Shown here: positions 26,511 through 38,100 of the stretch, piece after piece
Numbering within the stretch: position 1 is the stretch's first letter
Layout: each line of letters begins with the position of its first letter
NCBI GenBank assembly: GCA_051530055.1
Contig: CM121343.1
Span: 4,496,389-4,560,388 of the forward strand
DNA from: Neoechinorhynchus agilis
Taxonomy: Eukaryota > Animalia > Acanthocephala
Length of the DNA stretch: 64,000 nucleotides
Direction: 5' to 3'
Position numbers and translations under genes: made by a program
The notes under the pieces: generated by a model
Seen by the model: the letters and a program-made list of their open reading frames with translations, nothing else
The model's database searches: none
Told to the model about the DNA's origin: nothing

Positions 26511-28837
26511 ATGGCGCGCAAAGTGATCGTATTGATTATTTGCTTTGTGCTCACTGTTTGTTTATTTGATTGCGATGAACACAATCATCAGGTATGTTTT
26601 TTCATCCATTGGGCCGCGTCGGGTACATTTTTTTGAACGTTTCAGTGATTTTGAACGGAAAACAACTACGAGGAGCGCTTTCTTTCCATTTTCAGTTGCG
26701 CTCTTAATTTAGGACGTTTTGAACTCATTGTGCATTAATTTTACACTTCAAAGAACTTCGCGATTTCCTTTAAGTACTTAATCGCGTAACATAAAAGTAC
26801 TAATTTATCCAGGGCATTTAAGTCACTCTTTTGTGTCATTTTGCCTTTTTAGTATAAAGATGGCGAAGAGATTATTGCCTGGATGAACACAGTGGGCCCT
26901 TATCACAACCGGCAAGAAAATTATCCATATTTTTCGCTTCCGTTTTGCGCCGGAGGACGAAAGGAAATCTCTCACCGTCATGAAACCATAAGTGAACATT
27001 TACTTGGAATGGAACTTGAATATAGTGGCCTTGAAATTAAATTTAAAAGTAAGTTACGACCTGATCGCAATTTTTGCCCAAATCCATCGTTCAAGACGAC
27101 GTAACAAACACGAATTTCTGTTCAATTGCTTCAACTCCCGATCAGTTGCGTCAATTTATTGATGCGATAAATCGTGATTATTGGTATGAGATGCTAATTG
27201 ATGACTTGCCTGCCTATAGTGAAGTCGGTTTCTTGGAGCACGAGAATGGTGTTTATAATCTTTATACCCACAAATTGATTTCTTTGTCGTACAACAATGA
27301 CCGAATAATTGAATTTAATTTAACTGTTGCGAACCCACAACCATTGATCTTTGGATCCGAGATCTGGTTTTCCTATAAAGTAACATGGTCAAAAAGTAAT
27401 TTGAATTATGACCAAAGGTTTAACAAGTATTTGGACACCAAATTCTTTGGACACCAGATTCACTGGTTTTCGATCCTTAATTCATTTATGATGGTCCAGT
27501 TTTTAGTGTGCTTTGTCTTCATGATCCTGTCTAGAACTTTGAGGCATGATTTCGCAAGATATGGATTTGTTAATGACGGTGATGTTAACTCATTGAATAC
27601 TGAACCCAGATCCGATTACGAAAGGAGTATAGTTGAAGAATATGGATGGAAACAAGTTCAAGGCGATGTATTTCGACCACCCCGTAAAGCCATTTTGCTA
27701 GCTTCACTTTTGGGAACCGGACTTCATATAAGCACTTGCCTCCTTCTTCTCATTATTGTGACGATAATCGGCCGGTTATATACCAAACTATCTTCAATGA
27801 TCGGTGCTGGCATATTCCTATATGCGATATTGTCACCAATCAATGGATTTTTCGGTGCCAGCTATTACTCCCAGTGGAATGGCAAAAACTGGATCAAACA
27901 GATGATAACGGGCATTCTTCTATTTCCAATGTTGTTCGCCATTGCTGGTTTCTCCATAAATCTTATTGCCGTTTGTAGTGGAAACACTCGCGCAATTCCA
28001 CTTCTGACAATTCTTAGTCTAATTGCAACTATGTGCCTCATTGTTGCACCACTCAACCTAGTGGGCACATTGTTTGGTCGAGCCACTAGTGGGACTATCG
28101 TTGATACGAGGATCCTAAAGTTTAATGCAATTCCGAGACCAGTTCCAGAGAAACCTTGGTATCTCAGAACTTTTACAATGAACATCCTTGGTGGCATTCT
28201 GCCTTTCGGATCTATTTTTATCGAGATGTACTTTATTTTTTCTTCTTTTTGGGCTTATACGGTAGAGATGCTCATTTAAACCCCGGAATGTGGTACAAAA
28301 ATAAGAAGTAATAGAGATTCTCTTAGTTCAGACATCACTCTATCGTCGAAATCGCGCTACAGTGTGTGTGTGTGCGAGTTTCGATGCAAAAATAATTACT
28401 TGGCAATTTCCCGCCACGAATTATCCCCTTTTCACACAGTGTTAATCTTGTCAACTTCCTTTTATCAAAGCCTTCATGAATATCGCTACCATAGAATCTA
28501 TTACGTCTACGGGTTCATGCTACTCGTGTTTATCATGCTTGTCATTGTAACTTCATGCGTTGCTGTTGTATCGACTTATTTTCTTCTTAATGCAGAGGAC
28601 CATTATTGGCATTGGTCCAGTTTTATGGTTGGAGCATCCGTTTCAATATATGTATACATCTATTCTATTTATTACTTTTATTCTCGGACAAGAATGAGCG
28701 GACTATTCCAAGTTACATTCTACTTCAGCTATATGGCCTTATTTTGCAATATATTGGGAATCATGTGTGGTACGTTCGGATACTTGGGTGCCAATGCCTT
28801 TGTTTATAGAATATATTCAGTTGTAAAAATTGATTAA
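26511..28837 (+). CDS. TM9SF3: Transmembrane 9 superfamily member 3 (nonaspanin), four exons
   Basis: Signal peptide plus DEHNHQ|[71 protein letters not shown] and C-terminal VVKID*. Introns 26592-26852 and 27049-27095 (approximate) are GT-AG; the third junction is anomalous (see findings). Confidence 0.96.
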
Positions 28838-30609
28838 AATAAATGAACATACTAGTTTTGTTTTTATGCTCCAAATGGGGACCACCGGATTATGCTATGT
28901 AACCAGATCCTTCCCAAGTACATTGTCTCTCGGGGTAGAACTTTTCGTCCTAGCGGCGGATCAGGTTGAAGAGGATCTTTTTTGGACTTACCGGCTAACC
29001 ATTTCGACTGCGACTTGCTCCTGGTAAGCAGACGCAATAAAGCGGAAATAGATTATGGAAATCCGCTGCGACCAGTTTTTAACAAATCCAAGCGCTCTGT
29101 CCTTCTGTGGGCTTCGTTGCTGGCCAAGCGTGGCAGTCGCACAATTGTGAATACCTTAAATAAACTAATTAGCGAATGGCTTTCGTTCATCATCCTCTAT
29201 GCAGGGGGAACGACACCAATTCTCCGATACGAGCTGCTGCCGACGAATCTTTTTAATTTATATTACGCATATTAATGTAGGCGAGCGACATTCGTAGTGT
29301 ACTCTTATTGCTAACAAACTCAACCTTAAAAACAAAATTGATTACGCCAAACATTTAATAGTATCAAAAAAACATATTCTACATGTCGATTGAGCAGTGA
29401 AAAACATTTAATTAAACTATAGCAGCCTTAATCAACAATGGATTATAAATTCGCACGTCCTGCAGTTCAAACAGAAGAAATTTTGTCGAAAGCAATTAAG
29501 TTGAAAATTTAGCTTTCTAATGAACATTATATGAATCGCACTTCCTTCTAAAGTCGAGAATGGTTTTATTTCAGACAGTATTTTACGATCGAGAACACAT
29601 TCATCCAAAGATAAATCCTTAATCCACGTGGATGTCGATGAGAAACATTTGGATGCTGCTTACTAACGTAAATGACAAAACTAAATTTTCCTATAATTTT
29701 TCTGGGTTTGCTGCACCTTTAATCACTGATATCAAATCAAGCAAAAAGCCAATATTCAAATCAATTCATTTAGCTCCGATGAAATTTTGCAGCACTCAGG
29801 ATTACCCCGATTTTTAACTGTGTTGCGGCGGTTCAGTTCGATAAAAATGCAATCTGAATAATTGAATCTTAATGCTGCAAAGAACAATTTTTGGACAGAG
29901 TCAGAGCGTATCAATAATTAATGTAGCCCGGCAATCTAAACTACTTTTGCTTTTACTGCTAAATTTCGTAGAGGATACTCATAGAAAGGAAAAATCGTCA
30001 CGAAATAAAAAGTGAGGCGCGAGCACTAGTAGAGACTAAAATTCAAACAAAATGCACTCGGTTTGTTAAGCTTAAGATTTGTTAAATTCTCACAAAAACA
30101 ACCATTTTCATAAGAAGCATTCAGTGCCTCAAACATAAAAAGGTAAAATTAAAGTCAGCTTATAAAAAAGCGCAATATTTCGACCCTGCGATTCAACCTA
30201 GAATATAACGCAGAACTACACTAATGATTCCAAGAATGTTTCTTGATTGCGCCGTTATTTAGAACTTAATCGAAAGGTTTAAAGTGAATTTCGAATTTTT
30301 GAAACATAAAGGCCATATTAGTGTCACATTTTAAAATAGCGCAAAATTTTGAATTTACGACTAAATAATGAAAAACAATACCGCAATGCACCATGAATTC
30401 TACTTCGCTTTTTAAACTCAAAAGCTTCTGGAAAACAAATGAAGGTCTTATGCTGTTTAATTATTTCGCTTTCTCCTTAAAACGAAGCTCAGAATACTGA
30501 AAACTGACAAGATCCAAGTGACAAACGGCTTAATAATGAAAAAGACAATAGCAGTGCACCAATCATCATGAAATGCCATTTTATAACGGTTTGGATACAA
30601 AATTTCAAA

Positions 30610-30791
30610 GTAAGTTTCCTCTTCCCTTCATCGAGGTATTTCGTCCCCTTTGGTTGTGTGCGTCATCAGCAGTAACGGATTCGAACCCTTCAGATCCCAG
30701 TTAAGGGTCACCGGGTTCGAATCCGTTACTGCTGATGACGCACACAACCAAAGGGAACGAAATACCTCGATGAAGGGAAGAGGAAACTCAC
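30610..30791. repeat. Near-perfect inverted repeat: 79-bp arms, 24-nt structured loop
   Basis: Arms 30610-30688 and 30713-30791 with 2 mismatches. Each arm carries GGTTCGAATCC. Confidence 0.97.
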
Positions 30792-32000
30792 TGTTGAGTC
30801 CCGCCTCCCCGGGAGGTATCTGAGAATCCGGAGGGATGCACAAACTTATAACCGTCTACGGTCTTGGGGCATTGAGCGCAGACCAGCGCTTCCCAGACCG
30901 AAATCGGTAGGCTACGGGTGTCCATTCGGCCGTGTATGGAAAAAATATCAATCAAAATTTCAAATCTTTTTTGTATGCATTTGGCAATTTTACCGTGACT
31001 TAAAAATTCTCTTTAGAAGAAGCTTTGAGCGATTGTAGGAGGAAAACTATACATTACAAAAGATCATAAAATCGGCGCAACATGTCGATCTTAAGGCCAG
31101 TAATTAAAAAGGACATAAAATGCACCAATCAAGTCCAAGTATCTTTTATATAGGCTATTATTAATAAATAATTAAAAGTTGTTGACAAATAAAGTTTAAA
31201 ATATACCGCCGTGGATTTGTTTGTATGTACCAATTGACGACATAAATGTCTGAACTAAAGATGAAAAAGTTTTTGTTAAGATGTTGTCTGTGAGTGCAAC
31301 TCAATGCTAGGGATCATTTTTCGAAATTAAACGCTATAGAAATTTAGGTTATGATATTGAACAATGGAAATATGATATCTTGTTATTTTAAGGTCACCGG
31401 ATCAATTTGAGGTCTGATAAAGTTATGAACGAAAACCATTGGTTAATTTCACACTTGATCATGTGATCAGGGGTGAAAAAACTATTCATCGTTCAATGTT
31501 GTCTCACATAGACGCTAGCACGGAATGAATACACAGAATCTTAACTCTTGTCGCTTTCTTTATGTTGTTGGATTGGTAGTGACATTGCGAAAATCGAACT
31601 AACAAACCACGAAGGAGTTGGAATTCGGTAAGAAGATGTGATCTCCGTGGCAAACGACGGTTTAAACCTTCGTCCATAGACCTTAGAATTAAAGTCTAGA
31701 CAATGCCCAAAGTAATTCGTTGCCGATGACTATCCCCAGTACTCGTATCACAGTACGATCGATGTAGTAATAGGGAGAATCGGCGTTTGTCCTAGTGCTT
31801 TGGGAGAATAGCACGCCACTTGAGAGAAGCCTGTAGAGATTGCGAGAAGACCGTTGTAACACGCATTATTCGCAGCGTCGCTTGGATCACGACTAAGACA
31901 AAAATAGGAATCTTGGATGATTCAAAAGTCTAAAATTCTAGTTTCATTTTTTGGCTTTCATGCATGTAATAAACACCCAAATCCGTCCTTAGATTTGTAG

Positions 32001-33956
32001 ATGACAAGGTCGCGGCAAAATCAAACCCAGGTAATTCAATCTTCAGTGGCAAAACAATGCGTATCAGACGAATATTTGTCACGAAGATATGTACCAATCG
32101 CTCCTCGTCCGGCTAGCGTTCAACCCAACGAGCTCTGCATTCTCGGAGGTCCAAGACAAGGAGTGTCTCGTGAAACGGATTCGTTTGCCTTATCACGCGA
32201 AGGTCGAAGTTGTCTTGTAAACTATGGAAATTATATGGAACAACAGGGCAATCAAGGAACGCAAAAGACTTTAAGACAATATCAACAGCTAATTCCTAAT
32301 GTCACGACGCATCGTGACAATAACTCGACAACATCCCTCAGTCCCATCGATTATGAAGTACGATTCGTCGTAACTAGTAGGAAAAAGGTGGAAGAGACAG
32401 CTAAAGCAAAAAATAAACGTCAATCCGGCAACGATTCTAATAAATGCAGAGAAAAAGTTCCAACCAACCACTATCCAAATAGCATTGATTTGAGCGCATT
32501 CAAAGGCAAAGTGGTTCCGACTTTTGAAAATTTCACGGGAATGACTGAATCATCGACTGATAGACAGTCTCGTTCCTGTTCAATCAACTCACAGCGAAAA
32601 AGAAAAGTACCATGCGTTGTAAATAAACAAATTTTAAAGCGGCACTGCAGCGAAGTTAGATCCGTGAGCAATTTTTTTATACCTGATGACAATGAAAATC
32701 CAAATTTATGTCAATTGCAACAATCAAATCAGCAATCAAAGTTATATTACGCCGCCGATGGAAACAAATTTCAGTATTTAGATCCAAAATCGTCGCAATG
32801 TTCATCGCAGGTATCAGAGTCGGTGTTCTTCGACACCCCTGGGACCAATATGCTTACCTCAGCGTCTACTCAATGGAGGAGCGAGGAAGCCAGTGTTACA
32901 CATCTTTATAGCGATCCGATAGCCAATGGGAATTTACGACAGTCGTTACAAGTTCGACAAACACAAAGTCAACAAGCTTACCGCGGCCGAGCTGACAATC
33001 AACAACTACCTACAAATTCAACAACACTTTGCAACATATTAGGAGCGAACTCATTGTGTCAAATCGTTGATCCGCGCTGGAACGCTCAAGTGGCACATTC
33101 ATCTCTCAACTATGCCGCAAATCGTAAAAAGTCGCAACATTCCTCAGCATCATTAGTGAGCGAAAAAAATGGAGCGCATTCTAAAGCTTTTAACATTGAA
33201 CATAATCAAAGTACACAAAACGTTCATCAGTATAAACTCTCGCGGTCCAAAGCGGTCGACGGAGTTGCCGAAGTTCAGCTTCATTGTTCCAATGAACAGA
33301 AATCTCGTCTACAGTCACATGCTGAAAAGAAAATTATTTACCATCCAACAAATCTGCATGTACAAAATGTTGACAGTATTGATCCTAAGATGATTTGTAA
33401 AAAATCAATCAATCGTAGAACAGGCCAAATTGCAGTTGCTACAACGAACACTGGGCTGAAATTTCTGTTAAATCTAAACATATTCAATACTCACAGTGCT
33501 CTAGAAATACCAAACCCTAAACGAAAGGAACCGCGGATGAGCGACATAAAATCGCTTAATAACTACTATTTTAGTATGCCTATCCCGACTAATGCCGAGT
33601 TGTTGGAATATAAAATGAGCAATCTTGATCTGAATGCGAATGAGACTAGAGTTGCTCAGCCGCAAACAATCGTTGAGTACAAGTTCACCGAAATGGCCAA
33701 AAGTGCCATATTTACCTCGCGAGATGTTAAATCGGAAACGATCAAAGAGCGCCTGGAGTCCAAATTGGAAGAACAAAGGAAAGCACAAGAAATAATTACT
33801 GATATGGATCCATGGGAAGAGGAATATGTAGCTCGAATGGCAGCGACTAAGCAATCCAAAAATACACGAAAATCAAAAACTACGGAAATGACAGCCCGCG
33901 AGCGATTTTGGGCATTTGCAGGTCTTGAAAAACCAAGCAGTGACGAGTTTTCTTGA
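32001..33956 (+). CDS. 651-aa intronless orphan protein, S/Q/N-rich, with a C-terminal coiled coil
   Basis: Long ORF, TTTGTAG directly before the ATG, AATAAA about 40 nt after the stop. No catalytic motif recognised. Confidence 0.75.
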   Translation: MTRSRQNQTQVIQSSVAKQCVSDEYLSRRYVPIAPRPASVQPNELCILGGPRQGVSRETDSFALSREGRSCLVNYGNYMEQQGNQGTQKTLRQYQQLIPNVTTHRDNNSTTSLSPIDYEVRFVVTSRKKVEETAKAKNKRQSGNDSNKCREKVPTNHYPNSIDLSAFKGKVVPTFENFTGMTESSTDRQSRSCSINSQRKRKVPCVVNKQILKRHCSEVRSVSNFFIPDDNENPNLCQLQQSNQQSKLYYAADGNKFQYLDPKSSQCSSQVSESVFFDTPGTNMLTSASTQWRSEEASVTHLYSDPIANGNLRQSLQVRQTQSQQAYRGRADNQQLPTNSTTLCNILGANSLCQIVDPRWNAQVAHSSLNYAANRKKSQHSSASLVSEKNGAHSKAFNIEHNQSTQNVHQYKLSRSKAVDGVAEVQLHCSNEQKSRLQSHAEKKIIYHPTNLHVQNVDSIDPKMICKKSINRRTGQIAVATTNTGLKFLLNLNIFNTHSALEIPNPKRKEPRMSDIKSLNNYYFSMPIPTNAELLEYKMSNLDLNANETRVAQPQTIVEYKFTEMAKSAIFTSRDVKSETIKERLESKLEEQRKAQEIITDMDPWEEEYVARMAATKQSKNTRKSKTTEMTARERFWAFAGLEKPSSDEFS

Positions 33957-34572
33957 CTTTATATATACACGAATCTTACATAAAGTTTATAAATATAATA
34001 AATAGTTCAAAGATATCGCTTTTTTCTTGTTTAGGAATTTAAAACAGTTTACGTGCTCTGTACTATCTAATTTGCTGCATTCAATAGTAAGATGAATTTT
34101 GTAGTCGTTTTTTTTAACTAATATTGCCTCTCATATATATGGCCAAAGGTACGATAGCTCAATAAAAACGTAATTTATATTAATGTTTGTGTGCGAATAA
34201 TTACGAATGCACCATTTTTGAGGTATATATTGGCTATTTACTCTTTGAAAACAAAAATAATATAATTTTCACATACTCCATGGTTTAAATTCCACAAATC
34301 GATCACAGTAAGCGCGATTGAAACGGAAAATATGAACGGTTCTTAGTATAACTAATAGTTTCATAAGCTAGTATTTTGAGCAAGTTACACTTCGTAAAAT
34401 CATAATCCGGTAAATATATTTTTAGCGTTAGTTATTTCTTGGATTGCTAACCAAACATAGATAAAAGGGCTTCCAATATTCCCGTAGTTGCTCATTTTGT
34501 CAACCATTTCGATAGAACAGACTTTAGATAGTCATATAAATCCTTTATATTAGCTTTGGGGGAAAATATATG

Positions 34573-34807
34573 TTCTTTTGATAGTTTTTCCACCCCGGAT
34601 TTAAATTCACTAATTTATTGACCCGATATTTCACCTATCGGATAATTGCAACATTATTAAGTTTATCATTGTTTGCAAGTGTTTACGACGTTAGACACTT
34701 GTAAACAATGATAAAGCTTGAGAAAATGTCGGAATTATCGGATAGGTGAAATATCGGGGAAATAGATTAGTGAATTTAAATTCGGGGTGGCAAAACTACC
34801 AAAAGAA
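34573..34807. repeat. Imperfect inverted repeat: arms ~113 bp, ~8-nt loop
   Basis: TTCTTTTGATAGTTTTTCCACCCCGGATTTAAATTCACTAA...GCAAGTGTTT pairs with AGACACTTGT...TTAGTGAATTTAAATTCGGGGTGGCAAAACTACCAAAAGAA. Confidence 0.93.
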
Positions 34808-35153
34808 AATAAATCCTTTAGATCCGTGTGAAAATCAAAACGAATATGTTCTTTTAAAAATGTTAATCGAATTTTTCTACAGGTACAAATCGAATGTAGA
34901 AAATGACATTTTTTTTTAAAATGCGCAAAATGTTATCCTGATAGCGGTACATCTATTTTTTATAGGTTTGAATTATTCTCGGAAACGGCACGTTTTCTCT
35001 GCAAATGTTCCGCATTTAGTCACAATTGTTTAAATTGAACATCACTCACTCTTACACTTGCGCTTGGTTTGCATTCTGTGAATAAATAGGTAGACGAGCG
35101 AAAGAGTGAATCGAGCACAAGCTGAAGGGAGTGTCTGTGCGACACGAGGTAGA

Positions 35154-38100
35154 ATGTCTCATCAAGCACAAACGGATCTCCTACTCGATTATGCATGGAT
35201 GATTGGAAAACGCAAATTGGACAACAAAGTGGCTGATCTAGTAAATAAATGCCCTACTCCGTCTGAAATTGTTGAAGGAAAATCTTCATTTACAATTCAA
35301 AAAAGACAAAGACTCCACATTTTGGCAGTTTGCCAGTGTGCTCTAGTGGCAGATAGAGCATGCCATGTTCAATTGACATGCGCTACGTTCATAAGTAGGC
35401 TAATTGGACAACTATATAAAGCCAACTTTCAAAACAAGATAATAAACGAGCAAACCGATAATCTGGTTTCCGCGACAAGTTCCATTCTAGACACTGATAC
35501 ATTCATACTGTGCCTCGTTCGAACCGCATGCGAACTTATTGATATATTAGAGCGTTTTTCAAACGAAAAAAAAGTTTATGTGGTACTAACTGAGGTAAAT
35601 GTTTGCATACAAATCCAAATGTCTGAGGGTAATCTAATTTTAGCTTAAAAAGTCCAAAATAGGACTGCTGATAGGCTTATTGAAACAATTACATTCGGAT
35701 GTTAAATCAACCTCGTGGATTACCGAAAGGTTGATGGTTATTATAAGCGCCACAAGAGCTTCGCGAAGGTTTGGTTTCTTTTACTACCATTTCGACTAAT
35801 TTGCTAAAGGATCCAAGAAACCGGATCTCTTGTACTTCATCTATTGTGTTGTGGCTCCAACAATAGGCGTTCGATTAGATTTCAGCAATGTGAATATTGC
35901 CAATTACTTGGAACTCAAAAGAGCGACATTGAAGATGCGTTAATGTGTTCATTATTTAATCGTTCCAATAGATCGACATTGCACATTCCTTCTATAGAAC
36001 TGCTGCTAAAAGAGTGTAAGAAACTCATGAGTCCCGATTTTTTCCAAAGGTTGTACAATCGATATGCAAGTCACATTCCAGGGCTATGTCTAACTCTTGA
36101 ATGCTACGAAATGCTCCGTGAGTTTCATCTACCTGAAATTCTAGGCGATGTGGCTGTAAACAAAGAGCTGAAGAAACTTTTAAAGTTGATTCTGAACAAC
36201 ATTCGAAGTACACGTTGCTTCTTATTTACAACTCGGGATCGAATCTTTTTTAGTCATGTGTACCACAACTATGAAGATGTCCTTTCTCAATTTCTAAACA
36301 TACAATCCCGGGTTGATTCCGCGATACTAGAGCTGGAATTCTTGCTGGCTGTTGATTTTCCGAATCGACGGATATCGTAGGCTTCGTGTTTTCAATGCCT
36401 GGCTTACAAGAAGCAAGAGCGAGATATTTGACGCTTTCAACTTTAAAAGTTTGTTTAAAGCACCGATAGAGCATCCCAAATATTTTTTATTAAAGCCAGC
36501 GATTTATTCTTTATGATTATTCAAATGCAATTTCCTTAATCTGTACTTTTAGGTCCATAAATAACGTTAGTCGTTCGTATGCAAAAATGATTAATTTTTT
36601 CCTTGAACATGTAATCATAGCTGATGTCCTTGATTGCACTATGATTCGCAAAAACGTTATTTGTATGCACTAAAAAGCCCTAATTGATAATTTGTTAGAC
36701 ATTACATTTTTAAACAATCGTATTATTACTCAAAATTTGCATGTATAAATTGAAATGATTTTTCTGGATGCAGTTTTCTTGGAGAATCCTGTACTTTTGA
36801 AGCTATCGATAATGCAATTTTTAATGTATCTCAACGTTTTAGCTGTAAACTCTCCATTTATCAAGATATAGAAATCTAATTAACTTTTTTAAACGAGCTG
36901 GTATTACATTTCTTAAATTTCTTTTCCACATCGAGATTCGTTGATTTGGTGGACACGGTTCTTCGTACAGTGGTCAAACAATTTAACCCACCAATAATGT
37001 TGGGTTCAACAGAATGGTGCGAAATGAACGATGGAACTCTTCCTTGCTTCATGTGTATATTCGGACTTGATAGCAATCATCTTTCTTCAATACATCATTG
37101 CACTTGTGATCCAAAATCACCGAACTATGAGCAGAATGTCATATCCAATCAGGATGTTTTTATCCGCAGCAGACTTAGGTTCATTAAAACATTGAACGGG
37201 ATTTTAATTGAAATATGCAAGAAGCAGCGTTCTCTACAGCCCGTTGTCGTTCGATTTATATTTTACTCCATCACCGAATCCAATGGATTGTTATCAGCAC
37301 TCCAGAATACCAATAAAACTAGCAATGTTGTCTCCAGTGACTTAAGGAGAATGGTTATACATACGCTTGTTTCCAATCTTTGTCAATGCTCAAAATTAAA
37401 TGATTCGGAGATCGTATCAAATACGTGGTCAATTGAGGGAGTCTTGTCTACAACCTTAGAGCCTCAACATCCCTTAGAAACTACTGATTCAACACATTCC
37501 ACTAACCATTTAGTGGCAAGCTTACTTTCTCTACATTTGCTGGATCCTACAATTACGGATAATTTTATCCAAAACCTATTTACTGTATGCGAAGAAAACG
37601 CATTCGAAACGACTGTATTTAATTTTATGTGCCAAGTAGTTTCTGGAATGCTAGGAAGGACAAAAAAACTCGCAGTTAAATCCTACGATGAACATAATCC
37701 TATCGGCCCTAATACTATTCTGCATGTGGTCTTCCTTGATGTTGTTGGAAGATTGTACCATGAAAGCTATGCCTTGCGGGATTATCGTCAATCGAGCTTT
37801 TATATTCGGATTCTGGGAAGTTTGTCGAATTCGATCAGAGATGGCACATTGAATAGTCAGCATTTATTACAGCGGTTGCTCTTTGTGCTTTTGGAATTGT
37901 TCGTTAGCACAGCACGGGAGCGCACAAGTCTATCTCAAATAGGAGCAATCATCAATCTACTGAATTCGATTAATAAAATTATCGGTGATATATCAGCAAA
38001 GATAGACAAGCAATTTAACAATACTAAACTCTTAACACGAAGAAAACTATTTAGAGATGTTTGGATGTACAATACGCTCTTTTTTAGTTGTCCTTTAGCC

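Noticed and set aside
30668-30736. tRNA gene (GGTTCGAATCC)
   Set aside because: The T-stem does not pair properly and there is no D-arm. The apparent acceptor stem is just the palindrome.
30725-30770. Hammerhead ribozyme core (CTGATGA...GAAA) in the palindrome arm
   Set aside because: There is no closing stem II and no UH cleavage triplet after a stem III.
36877-36879. In-frame TAA between two long open stretches of PI4KA, suggesting stop-codon reassignment
   Set aside because: A 53-nt GT-AG intron (36845-36897) removes it. TAA, TAG and TGA all terminate conserved genes at the expected positions (TM9SF3, PI4KA, SZT2, MTCH2, DDX3).
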